Source of the DNA: Eledone cirrhosa
Lineage: Eukaryota
Assembly: GCA_964016885.1 (NCBI GenBank)
Contig: OZ024743.1
Span: forward strand, 88,412,001-88,476,000
DNA: 64,000 nucleotides
Direction: 5' to 3'
The notes under the pieces are model-generated. The model was given only the letters and a program-made list of their open reading frames with translations. It had not been told where the DNA came from and ran no database searches. Shown piece after piece: positions 37,486 to 48,680 of this stretch. The stretch's first letter is position 1, and each line of letters starts with the position of its first letter. Made by a program: the position numbers and the translations under genes.

Positions 37486-37517
<32 letters not shown>

Positions 37518-39025
37518 CACGTGTGGACATGTGATTTGTTGTAATAAATAAACTTTTATCTACTCATTACCAACATTTAATAACGATATCATCTACAAAA
37601 ACAAACAAACAAATGAATGATATAATGATTATGTATTTTCATGAAAGAGCTAACGTTAGAAGCTAATAAAGCTTTGAGCTTTTATAACTGTAGGTCATAT
37701 AAGAACATGGTTATACAAGGATAATGCAATGAAGTCAATTCATTTATTGCAGATCATAAAACTGCGAATCTTTCATTAATTTTCAAGACACGACCCAAGT
37801 TTAGTTTTGAACCGGAAAAATCGATAGCCAGTCAGTCCGTAATATTTCACCAGCTTTGCTATTATCAGCTATTTCAAACTGCCAACATCCAGTGTTGATA
37901 TGCACACTTGGCAGAAGCACTTTAACTACACATATGATACAAGAATAAAAAGAACAAAGTAGAAGGGAAAAAAGAAGTAACTTTATTCCTTTACGACCTT
38001 CTCTCTCTTGCTTACCGCCATTGTTGGCATTAAAGACTGCCATATTAAAGACACATTGATGTAAATATTGACATTAGAACAGTGTACGAAATAAAAGGAG
38101 AAATTATAAGCAATGAATGAATGGTAACTGTAACAACGTAGGCGATACAACGTATCTTACAGATTTCTTCACATCTTTTCTGGCATTTAAGCTTTTATTG
38201 TGGAATTGAAATGTAATTTATATGAAAATAAGAACGTTTTAAATAAAATGCCTTTAATGTTTAACGGCAGTTTGTTCAAGACAAATGTTGAAGTCATACG
38301 GTGCTTTTTGTAAACCTTTGCTATTGAGGAAACAATGCCGGCTACTTGTATTACACACTTTTGTTTGTTGAGGGTTTTTTCTTCTTTTATAAAGCAGATG
38401 TCGTCGTTGTTAAAATTTTACCATTGTGTATATAAATAAGTCTCTCCTTGGAATGTTTCCAGTGGCTTTCATCAGATATACTGAAACTTAATATCCCAGG
38501 GAAAGTTGGGAATGGAATATGTGCGAGTCGTTTCTTTTTTAATTACATTAGATAAGTAAGGTGAACCCACTGAAACAGATGATTGATATGCGTGTCTATA
38601 TACACACACATCCACGCCCACATATTTTTAAACAAATCTGTTTAGTGAAGGAGGGAAGAGCGATGGCCATGGCTCTTTTCAGGTCTTCTGCGATTGAGAG
38701 AAGAGAGGGAGGAGGGTAGCCTCAAACTGGAGACTAGATCCGAATCCTTGCAACAGAAATAAGCTCAACTAAAGGGACCCAATAAATAGATGGTGGTCGT
38801 ATTAAACTAGGCGTCGGATTCAGTCAACCCCCAATAAAACACACACACGTATATATATATATATATATATATATATTTAAATCTACTGTGATTTAAAAAT
38901 ATCCGACACTAATTTGCATAATAGTATAAATAAATTTATAACCCCACTATCCGGGAGCTTCCAACAGAAATGGTCGCATTCTTTAAGGGTATGTCAATAT
39001 TTATTTATAAAACTGATCTATATTA

Positions 39026-39090
39026 TATTTTATCTGATGAAAGCACACCATAATTTAACTTGGTGTCCTGGAAATATGTATAATGAAATA
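39026..39090 (+). ncRNA. Minimal type I hammerhead ribozyme motif, near-intact
   Basis: UAUUUUAU-CUGAUGA-[a AG c ACACCA…UGGUGU c CU g]-GAAA-UAUGUAU-A-AUGAAAUA. Stem I pairs with one G:U; the pair closing stem II is A.G. It lies in a ~250 bp segment flanked on both sides by (TA)n. Confidence 0.75.
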
Positions 39091-39128
39091 AATATGGTTT
39101 TATAAATACAGTTTCTATTTGTTAATAT

Positions 39129-39164
<36 letters not shown>

Positions 39165-39336
39165 TTTCTGATTTAGGCACAAGGTCAACAATTAAATTGA
39201 CCCCAGTGCATTATTGGTACTTTATTTTATCGACTCCGTAAGGATGAAAGGCAAAGCTAACCTCGGCGGGATTTGAACTCAGATCGTAAAGGCGCGTAAT
39301 CCTATGTCACAAAGCATGTTGTCCGATGCTCTACCG

Positions 39337-39340
<4 letters not shown>
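39165..39340 (-). mobile_element. S1 SINE
   Basis: …GGATGAAAGGCAAAGCTAACCTCGGCGGGATTTGAACTCAG…GCTCTACCG. Confidence 0.8.
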
Positions 39341-39382
<42 letters not shown>

Positions 39383-39692
39383 GAGAGAGAGCGATTGCAT
39401 CTGAAAGTGTTGGTCAAATTTACGGCCACGAAACCGTTTTGTAAGTGAAACTGTTAATAAAAAATATTCTCAATTATTTCCATATTATGTGTTGATTGCT
39501 CTTTTGTTTCGTTTGTACCCCAACCTATATAATAATATATATAGCCATATCTTATCACTACTTTATAAATTTCTCATATTTTCAATTTAGCTTGTCTTAA
39601 TAAATTATAAGGTTGCCATGAAATCTTCGCCATCAACCCAGCTCCACCCCCACCTTCGTCATTCATCTCATTGTTCTCACTCTTTCGTTTTT

Positions 39693-39830
39693 TCAAAACT
39701 GACTCCCATCCTCTCTCTTTCTCCAAACTGACTCCCCCCTCTTTCTGTCTCTCTCTCTTTTTCTCCAAACTGACTCCCCCGTCTCTCTTTCTTGCTTTCT
39801 CCAAACTGACTCCCCCCCCCCGTCTCTCTC
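39693..39830. repeat. Short tandem repeat, 4 copies
   Basis: TTTCTCCAAACTGACTCCCCC separated by CT-rich spacers. Confidence 0.75.
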
Positions 39831-42177
39831 TCTTTATTTTCGTTCCTATTCATGTAAAAAACATGAGTTTTCTCGTTCGATGTACCTGTTACTGAGAGGG
39901 AGAAAAACAAATAGTGTGAGAGAGAGAGAGGGGGAATAGTAAGAAATAGACGAGGAAAATAGTAAGGGAGAGAGGAGAAAAGTAGTAAGAGGGAGAGAAA
40001 TAGTGTAAAAATGTGGGGAGAAGGCAGAGGTGTAAACGAAGTGATAGACAGAAGAGAAGAAAAAGATAAAGAATCTAATAAGAGAGATAGATAGTGAGAG
40101 AGAGAAGAGGGTTAAAGGGAAATAAAGTAACAATATGAGAGAAGAGTGAGATTGAGTGGAGGAGAGAAGTAGAAAGGGTGGAGATCGGGTTTTTGCTTAG
40201 AGGTCAGCTTTGATTAAATAAACCTACGATGAAATAATACATTTCAGCTATGGCCATTCGTCTTTTATTCATTTATCATCGTGTGGAATTTCAGGGACAT
40301 TTAGCTGTTGTTTCGAGCTGAAAGTGGTGAATGGGTGGGGTGGCAATAGTGAGCGGGTGGACAATAAAGAAGGGTATAAGAAGGGAGAAAAAACGGGATG
40401 AACTGTATTAAATGTAAGGATAGAGGGTGTGTAGAAAGAGAGTGGGAAGTAGAGAGATATGATAGGGGAAGAGAACTGATATATAGATAAATAGATAGAT
40501 AGATATATTTCTTTATTTGCCAGAAGGGCGCATAGATAGATAGATAGATAGGATAGAGAGAGATAAAGAGGTATTAAGAGAGTAAGGTGGCGAGATCGAG
40601 TTGGTAAAGAGAAAGAGAAGTGAGCGAAATGGTAGGGAGACAGAGAAATATGGTAGAGGGAGAGTGGTGGAAGAATGAGAGAGAGAGAGATAGCAATTGT
40701 GGAAAGCTTTATCCTGAAGGTAATTGAAACTAAAAAAAAGAATATCAGTGAAGTAAAGTAATCGACTGGAGAGTGAAGTGTGTGCATGTGTGTGAGTGAG
40801 AAAGAGAGATGAAGATAGATGTAGTAAAAAGAGGAGAGAGAGAGAGAGGTGACATCTCTTAGAGTCAGTAGAGAGAGAGAGAAAATGGGGGAAGGAGATA
40901 GTCCGACATTGCATTCTTTAATTGCCATTCAATGTTATTTGCATTAAATCTGAGATCTCCATGGTTACACTCTCTCTATCTTTCTCGCTGCATCACTATC
41001 ACCATCACCACCACTACCACCATCTCACTTATCTCTTGTGACCGATTTTGCACATTGACATGTGCGTGCATATGACGGGGATGTGGATGGGGTTGATGAG
41101 GGACTTGGTGGAAATCGTAAGTTGTGTGATGGTAATTGGGGAGAAGGATGAAATGCCAGTGATGATGGTGGTGGTGGTGGTGATGATATTGCTTTGCAAT
41201 GGTAGTGATGATAAAGGAACTCCTTAGTAGTTACAGAATTAGTCATGTGTATGTTAGAAACAAACAAGCTTGCTTACACGATGCTTTTTCGCCATTTTTT
41301 TTATTAATATTGTTAACAATGGTGACGTTTAAGGAAGATTAGCTAAAAACAGACGATAAACAAATTCGTCCATATATAATAAGCATTATTTCATTCAGTC
41401 GTCTTCGTGCACTAAGAACGATATTACGTCATGAATGAATAGCGCATAGTATTTTTCAACTATGACAAACAAAATATGGCTGTAGTTGGGGAGCAGAAAA
41501 ACTAGATGACAGCAAAATATAGGGCATTTCATTGAATTATTTGCATGATTTTGAGAGAAAAACATAAAAGTTTTACATGGCGAGCCAGTTCAGTGTAGTG
41601 GTTTAAAATGACAAATCAAATGGAAACGATCGAGAAACGTTATATTAAACAAATACATGCAGATGATATAGCAGAAGGGGGAGGGGGCCCTTAACTCATG
41701 ATAGAGTCGTAGAGGTACCATTTTGACACACGGCATATCTGGCATTTTAAACTTGGCGGAGTCTATCCCTCTCCACCAGGCCAGTTACCCTTGGGGAAGG
41801 GCTGGGGATCAGAATATTCTGGATGCGCACTTTCGCAAGAAACGTATTTCTAGGGATGGAGTGAGGGCAGTGTCATCCAGTAGCCCTTTCAGACCCGTGG
41901 CGACGGACGAGCTCTTCAGATTTGAACATAGCCGGTTTCTTCAAGAAATGGCGTGAGAGAGAGAATTGACTCTAGTACTGGTACGTTAAATATCGATCTC
42001 GAAAGAATGAAAAACAACTTTGATCTCTCCTGCTTACACAGTTATAATATTATAACTATTCCTATACAGATACCAAATCAGTAATGAAAATGACCACCTT
42101 TAGTTAGATAACTTCAATTGTTTCTTTCCCTCGCTCGCTCGCTCTCTCTCTCTCTCACTATATATACATACATACAT

Positions 42178-42210
<33 letters not shown>

Positions 42211-42256
42211 CCCAATGATATTAAATAAATGGAAACTATATTTATAAAACCATATT

Positions 42257-42318
42257 TATTCTATTATAATATATTTCAAGGGTACCAAAGCTTTGGTACG
42301 CTTTCATCAGATAAAATA
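42257..42318 (-). ncRNA. Minimal type I hammerhead ribozyme motif
   Basis: Minus strand: UAUUUUAU-CUGAUGA-[AAG c GUACCA…UGGUAC c CUU]-GAAA-UAUAUUAU-A-AUAGAAUA. All core residues and stems are present. Confidence 0.82.
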
Positions 42319-42348
42319 CGAATTTTATGTTTCATCAGATAAAATTCG

Positions 42349-42409
42349 TATTTTATCTGATGAAAGCATACCAAGGCTTTGGTACCCTGGAAATATATAT
42401 AATAGAATA
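42349..42409 (+). ncRNA. Minimal type I hammerhead ribozyme motif, near-intact
   Basis: UAUUUUAU-CUGAUGA-[aAGcaUACCA…UGGUAccCUg]-GAAA-UAUAUAU-A-AUAGAAUA, with a palindromic stem III and A.G at the base of stem II. Confidence 0.75.
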
Positions 42410-42989
42410 AATATGGTTTTATAAATATAGTTTCCATTTATTTAATATCATTGAATATTATGCTACAGAAAACTTGTCGAGTGCTCTGAATCAGTTATAA
42501 ACATTTATATTTGTTGAATTACCAACAAATTGAATATCCCTTCTGCTTATATATATATAAGCAAATAGATATTTAATTTGTTGGTTATTCAACAAATTTA
42601 TTTATAACAGTTTCGAAGCACTCTACAAATTTTTTCTGGAGTAGATAGTTTCCATGTATTAATATCATTGATATATAAGGTTTCCCTACTAGTACATTTA
42701 CATTCATTAAAAACAACAGAAGGCCGGAACTGGAAATTTTCTTTAAAATTTTAATTCCGCGAAAACGCTACATATATTTCGATGGCCCAGCTTCATCATC
42801 CGATCATGATGCCATACTTAGGCAATTTCACCAGGTGTTAATTAGTTCCATAATGTAACAGGGTTACGGCGAATACAAACAGAGAATAGAAAATAGAGGA
42901 CCGATTTGATTCGGGGATGGCCCGCTAATTCAGTGTTATTGTAACGTGAAACCATCGCCGACTGATTTATGGATGGTTTGTCGTAGTGG

Positions 42990-43110
42990 GAATTTCTGGT
43001 GTCCTTGGCCCGAGGGCCACCTCCCTGCTCACCACTATCGGCATAGTTGGCTACCCGCAGGTGTGAGCCTCGCGAGCTGGAATGGCTTTTCCAACGCGTC
43101 TTCCTCATCA
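42990..43110 (+). mobile_element. CRE-like 3' fragment
   Basis: Encodes SGVLGPRATSLLTT…LATRRCEPRELEWLFQRV across a frameshift; homologous to 25660-25845. Confidence 0.6.
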
Positions 43111-44519
43111 CCCTCCGGGAAAACTCCTCCGTTCTGTCTGCCGAGGCCGCGTGGGCCCCATTTGCTCATAATAGTGAGAGATGGGAAGAGCGGGGCAGAC
43201 GGAGGCAGTGGTAGTTTGCTCCTTTTGTATTCGGAACTTGTGTATGTGTATATGTTTCACGGACACACACTTTAGCAATTGAGAGACAGCGTGACAAACA
43301 GGCAGAACCATTGGAACACGTATGACAGGACAGTGAGAAATATGTTTAAATCACCAACATCTGAACAATTAACTTTCTTGAATTTACATTTGGACTTGAA
43401 ATATAAAGTACGTACTATTTGTATTGTTAACACAGAATGTATTGTGTACTTTTCTACATTTCATAACACTGCGTAAGTGAAGTAAGTGCCTTTTACTATA
43501 AGCCTCTTGTCGACGAAAGCTTTATCAGTAAAACTTAGTAGATGAAATATAGGTCAATCTGAAAAAACCGTTCCTATTTTTAGATAGTAAACTTGGTCGG
43601 TCACCCGGTTTAACACTACCATGTAAACCTTGACTGACTTTAGTGAAAGCCATTCTGTTTATTGTGCAAAGAAATATTACAAAAAATAATATATATATAT
43701 AGAAGTAGGACAGTTCGCTACAGAAAACATTCAGATATCTGTTCTAGCCATCACTTCTTCTACCCCAACCCCCCAATCTCGGTATTTGCCTGTTTTCCTT
43801 TCCTCCACGTTACGTGTGGCAGTGTCTAGGTATGTGGCCCAAACGACAAGGCATGAGGCGGAGAACGTGTTGCAGCATGAGGTGTCCCAGATTAGAGATT
43901 TACTTCCCTCCCTCGAACGGGAAAATGGTTATCCCGTCTGGGTGCTTACCATCACCACGCTCGAGGCTGGCAGGCTCTAGCTATGATGGGAAATCGGCCA
44001 CGTCAAGTTTCCTTCTGAGAGAAGGAGGGGTGATGAGTACAGTCTGTTTGAATTGACCTACTATGCACATGTATTTGGGAGACTAACCGCGTCGAGGTTA
44101 TATTTGTAAAAATGGTATATATATATGTATAATATGAATCAAGACTATGATAGTTAATGGAGTATCTTTAAACTATGTAATATTTTATTGGTTTCACCAG
44201 CAAAGTTATTATAATAGCAGGCACATGGCAACACCTGTTATAAGATGAAATCTAATAGCCAGGACTAACGTCAAACCAGCAGCAGCAGGCAATTTGTAAA
44301 AATCATAGCTATATTGGTCTCTTTTCTTCAGTTGTTGTCACTATTAATAACACATAACAGCCACTGAATGGAAAGAAAAGGCGGTTAAAGATTCTTAACT
44401 TATCCTAATCGTTTTTATTTTCTCTTTATTTCAACATTGCCCTAAATAAACGTTTTTTCCCTCCTTTCTGCTTGAATATGTTGAAGCGTCGTATAATTCT
44501 AATTAAGATATATACATAT

Positions 44520-45285
44520 AATTGTTTCTACTTTTAGGCACAAGGCCAGCAATTATCCAGTGCATTACTGGTACTTTATTTTATCGACCCCGTAAGGATG
44601 AAAGGTAAAGTCAACCTCGGCGGGATTTGAACTCAGATCGTAAAGGGACGTAACTATGCTGGAAAGCATGGCGTCCGACCCTCTACCGATACTGCCAATC
44701 CACTACCCTAATGTTAACTAAATAAGATCTTCAAATATTTATATATTTGTAAAATAATATAGTTCATACCAAGCGGCGAATTGGCAGTTGTATTCGTTTT
44801 GGCTCTATGCTCAAATACCACCAAGGTCAACTTTGCCTTTTATCCTTTCGAGGTCGATAAAACGTACCAACCCAGTTCAGGGGCTCATTACAAGTCCTTT
44901 ACTGGTTTGAAATATTTACATGTACGGTAAACAAAGCAAAGATAATAACAATAAAGATGATTTAAAAAGAAAGAAAAAAGATAAGCGCATATCCTCAACG
45001 ATACACTACCACAGCGAATAATGGTGTTCCCATCTAAACATTTTCGAAGCAAATTTAACACTCACGGTATTAATGGTTTCTGGTTTCGGCACAGGGCCAA
45101 CAATTTGGGGGGAGCGGAAAGTTGATTAAATCGACCGCAGTGACTAGTTCTTTAATTTATCGACCCCGTAAGGATGAATGGCAAAGCCAACTTCAGCGAG
45201 ATTTGAACTCAGAATGTAAAGGGCCGTAACTCTATCCCGCGAAGCAGGGTGTCCGACGCTCTAACGATTCGGCCAATCCACTGAC
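44520..45285. mobile_element. Cluster of three S1 SINEs (~44520-44708 -, ~44772-44880 +, ~45073-45285 -)
   Basis: Same tRNA A/B-box head and CTTTGCCTTTCATCC…GTCGATAAAA core as the other S1 copies. Confidence 0.8.
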
Positions 45286-46089
45286 TTACAGCATTAATGA
45301 TAATATGGCAGAGGTGATGGAAAAGCCAAGCACCCTAACAAGCAAGTTAACTAAAAATTATTAACGGATGTCGCTGGCCATTGTCCTCAGAAATGCTTTT
45401 GTTGTCTTGTCCACAGAGTGTAGCCCCAACACCACCACGCCCTAGGCCCAGAGCCCATCATCCTCTCCCCGTCCCCCTCCTTTTTTTCTGTGGCCCTATA
45501 GTCCTTGTCTTCCCCCTCCTTTTCCATTTATGGATTTAATAGTCCTTTCCTCTACTTTTCCATACAGCCAGATCTGCCTTTTCTTACCACCTCCCCATTT
45601 TGCTTTTATCTTTCTCGTATTTTTTGATAATGATCTCACACACACACGCATACACACACACACAGACAGATTTATATAATTATAATTTGTAAGATAATAT
45701 GGTTCAGAGCTGCTGATTAGACATAATAAAGTGGTTTTAAACTAGAAATAATTTAATCTGTTTTATCAGATGTAAATATTAAAGAAACGGGTTTCGTATA
45801 TTTGTAAGCTACACAATTAGCCATTTACCAGTTCTCTCATTTGGGTTCATTGAATTTTTCACACTTTTGGAGAGAAGAGAAAAGAAAAAAAATGATCGTA
45901 CTGAGGGAACAGAGTTTAACAATATGACATTAATTAGTTACAATCGATCTTCATTAACCTCGACTGAAATAGAAACCTATCCGGGAATTCTTAAAATCAA
46001 TGATTAGAGAAGATATGTAATATATAATATATATTTTTCTTTTTCCGGGCGATGGGAATATTACCATCTTTGTCGTTATATATATATAT

Positions 46090-46209
46090 ATATAGAAATG
46101 GCTTCTACAGGACTAGAACTGTTTCATTCGAGAGAAATCAACAGGAAAGCTTTCCTGGTGATTTCTCCCGAATGAAACAGTTCTAGTCCTGTAGAAGCCA
46201 TTTCTATAT
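46090..46209. repeat. Loopless palindrome (60 bp arms, centre AAGCTT) carrying degenerate hammerhead-like cores
   Basis: Two mismatches between arms. The right arm reads CUUUC-CUGGUGA-uUUCuccCGAAu-GAAA-CAG…CUG-U-A-GAAG; the left arm has CUGUUGA. Confidence 0.9.
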
Positions 46210-46509
46210 TAAATATTTATACCCTGCTATGTATTGAGTACCTTACTTACGGTGGTTACCCCCGATTGACCCCGGGATAAACATATATATATATAACAAA
46301 GAAGGTGTGGAAATATACCAGGTGGACCATAACGAACCACAGTACTCGACACTTAGGGTAGTAGAGTGGGTAATAGGAAAATGATATATATATACATAAT
46401 CACTGGCTTTTCCCTTCTATTCTGCTTACAGTCTCTCGTCCTTAAGTCTATAACTGTACGACACTTCACCTCACCCTATATCTATCTAAATGTATGAATA
46501 CACACATAT

Positions 46510-48680
46510 ATTCTTCTTTGCCCACTTATTACTGGGAGAGTTGTGGAGGCAGAATCCTCAAACATTCCTTCTAGCTGGGCCTGTCAGAAACAACCGTCTC
46601 CAATCGACCCGGCTAAATCCCCAAGCGAGACCAGCCGAGCTCATGGATGTTATCCAACCATTTTGCTCGGAGTCTACTCCTCGGTCTCCGACTGGCTTTG
46701 CCCGTAAAATCTGTCCAGCGATTCTTTCCTGAGACATTCTAACCACATGCCCATAGTGATCTCTCAATTCGGAGAAGTAGCGGCTCTATCTGGAGCGACT
46801 TTTTGATCTCCAAGCTACACACTCTTCAGAGGAACCCCATTTCGGCTGCTTGTGTTCGCGATCGTATTCTTTCGGTCATTACCCAAGATTCATAACCATA
46901 GGTAAGGGTTGGCACGGATACCGAATTGAAGATAGCGAGTTTGGCATTTACACCTACCTTCCTTCTTCTGATAACTGAATGTTGAAGCTGGTGCGCTACT
47001 ACACAAGCGCCTGCAATTCTTGCATCTAATTCACCCCCCCCCCCCCGTCAATTTCTCCATCTGATTCAGTGGAACTCCACTCAAATGTAGAGTTCACTGC
47101 GCAAGGCTTCCTTTGGAGGACGAGTGTCTCAGTCATCGCAGCACTGATTTTCATTCCTGTCGTGCAGTAAAACGCCTATCAAGTGCATTCCGGAGATCAC
47201 CTTCTGACGAGTTATGTTGTACCATGTCATCCGCAAATTCCAGCCAACTGATCCTATACCAGCCAGTCGTTATGCTACATCCAACCTGGCTGCGCATGTC
47301 AATCCTGTTTATGTGCTTTTTCAAGGTCTACGAAACAAGAATACACCACTTGGCAATACTCCCACGATTTCTCAAATACCTGCCGTAGTGTGAATATTTG
47401 GTCGGTTGTGCTGTGCCTGGGGCGAAAACAACAATGTTCATCAGCTACCTTTGACTCAACAATCGCTGTACATCTCTTTGCCAGACATAGACTTTACTGG
47501 GGAGGTTTAACGAAGTGATCCCTCTATAATTAGCGCAATCTCTCTTGTCTCCTTTTTTGAAAATTGAGATTATCTCTCCCGATTGCCATTGCTTAGATGC
47601 TTTTCCAGAGATCCTGGCTTCCCTGCACACACGAGCCAGCCAAAGAATACTTTCTCTATTTAAGACTTTTAACATCTCAGACCGGATTTCACCAGAGGCC
47701 TTGCCATATATGATCTCTTTAATTGCTTTTGTGACCTCAGCCGCCGAGAGGTTAGTCATTGCTCCCAGATGCATCTTATGTACATCAGAAGGTGCAGTTG
47801 TGACCGGGTTTAGAAGATCAACAAAGTATTCTTTCAACATCACGAGAATGCACATCTCCGAAGAGTGAAGAACCCCAGAAACGTTCCTGATAGCAGGCAT
47901 GGGTGCAAGAAGGAGGACTTATTTCCAAGCCAAGCTATGTAAATTTCTTTCTTTGCTCGGATGGCATCTTTGACCATAATATTGAATCAAGGGTTCTTTT
48001 TTCCAACCAGCACCACACCAAGTCGTTTTCGCTCGTAGCATTTGACAGCTGAAGCAGAAACTGCCGAATTGAGCAGCCTTCACTCCGTTTCAATATCTTC
48101 AGTTTGCTCAGGGATTTCTCTGAATTTGGATGCAATAGTATCCGCAAATCTATTCCAGACTTCTTTATCTGCCAGCACTCCCCAGTTTATCTTGTAGGTC
48201 GAGCTGAACCTTGGTTTTAGGTAGTCTCAAGTTGCAGATAACTAGATGGTGATCAGTTGACAGCTCAGCACCTCTCTTAACACGAACATCCAGCACAGAA
48301 TTGAAGAGATCAGAAACGACAACAAAATTAATAATTGATCTCCGTCCTTGATTCCACATATACCATGTATATTTATGGATGTCTCTCTGCTGGAAGAAGG
48401 TGTTCATAATAGACAGTCCATTACTAAAACAGAACTTTAATAAGGCCTCTCCATTCGTATTTGGATCGTTGTTTCTTGCAATCACTCCTTTCCACATCAG
48501 GTAGTCAGTGCCAACATGTACATTGAAGTCTTACATTAGGATATATGACTCAGTCTTAATCACATCTAACGTTGTGACGACTTCATCAAGGAAGGATTTG
48601 TATTCGGGCTCTCTGTTTGGCGCATAAACTTGCACCACCTACAGAGACCTACCTATCTTTCAGCCTAAGCTTCGAGAGGC
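46510..48680 (-). mobile_element. Decayed Rex3/Expander-like RTE LINE (APE to 3' end)
   Basis: APE piece GLSIMNTFF…VLDVRVKRGAELSTDHHLV (48165-48497), RT piece EIRSEMLKVL…IFKKGDKRDCANYRGIT (47445-47900), an FADD codon block near 47225, C-terminus at 46558-46767 and a GAAGAA tail. Confidence 0.9.

Larger units (their letters stand above)
42213..42453. repeat. Long palindrome (~115 bp arms, 10 nt loop) made of two head-to-head hammerhead-bearing units
   Basis: CAATGATATTAAATAAATGGAAAC… pairs with …GTTTCCATTTATTTAATATCATTG. Preceded by (TA)n; a second, more diverged palindrome centred on (TA)n follows at ~42460-42645. Confidence 0.95.

Noticed and set aside
37750-38050. Non-repetitive-looking stretch with an 80 aa ORF, possible host exon
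   Set aside because: No recognisable protein motif or convincing splice-site pair; RNA-seq would be needed.
38450-38480. Minus-strand CUGAUGA-aagccacug-GAAAC
   Set aside because: No stem III, cleavage triplet or stem I partner.
41855-41925. Minus-strand CUGAAGA…GAAA-GGGC…GCCC-UC hammerhead-like match
   Set aside because: Stem I does not pair and stem II is bulged at its base, so it may be chance.
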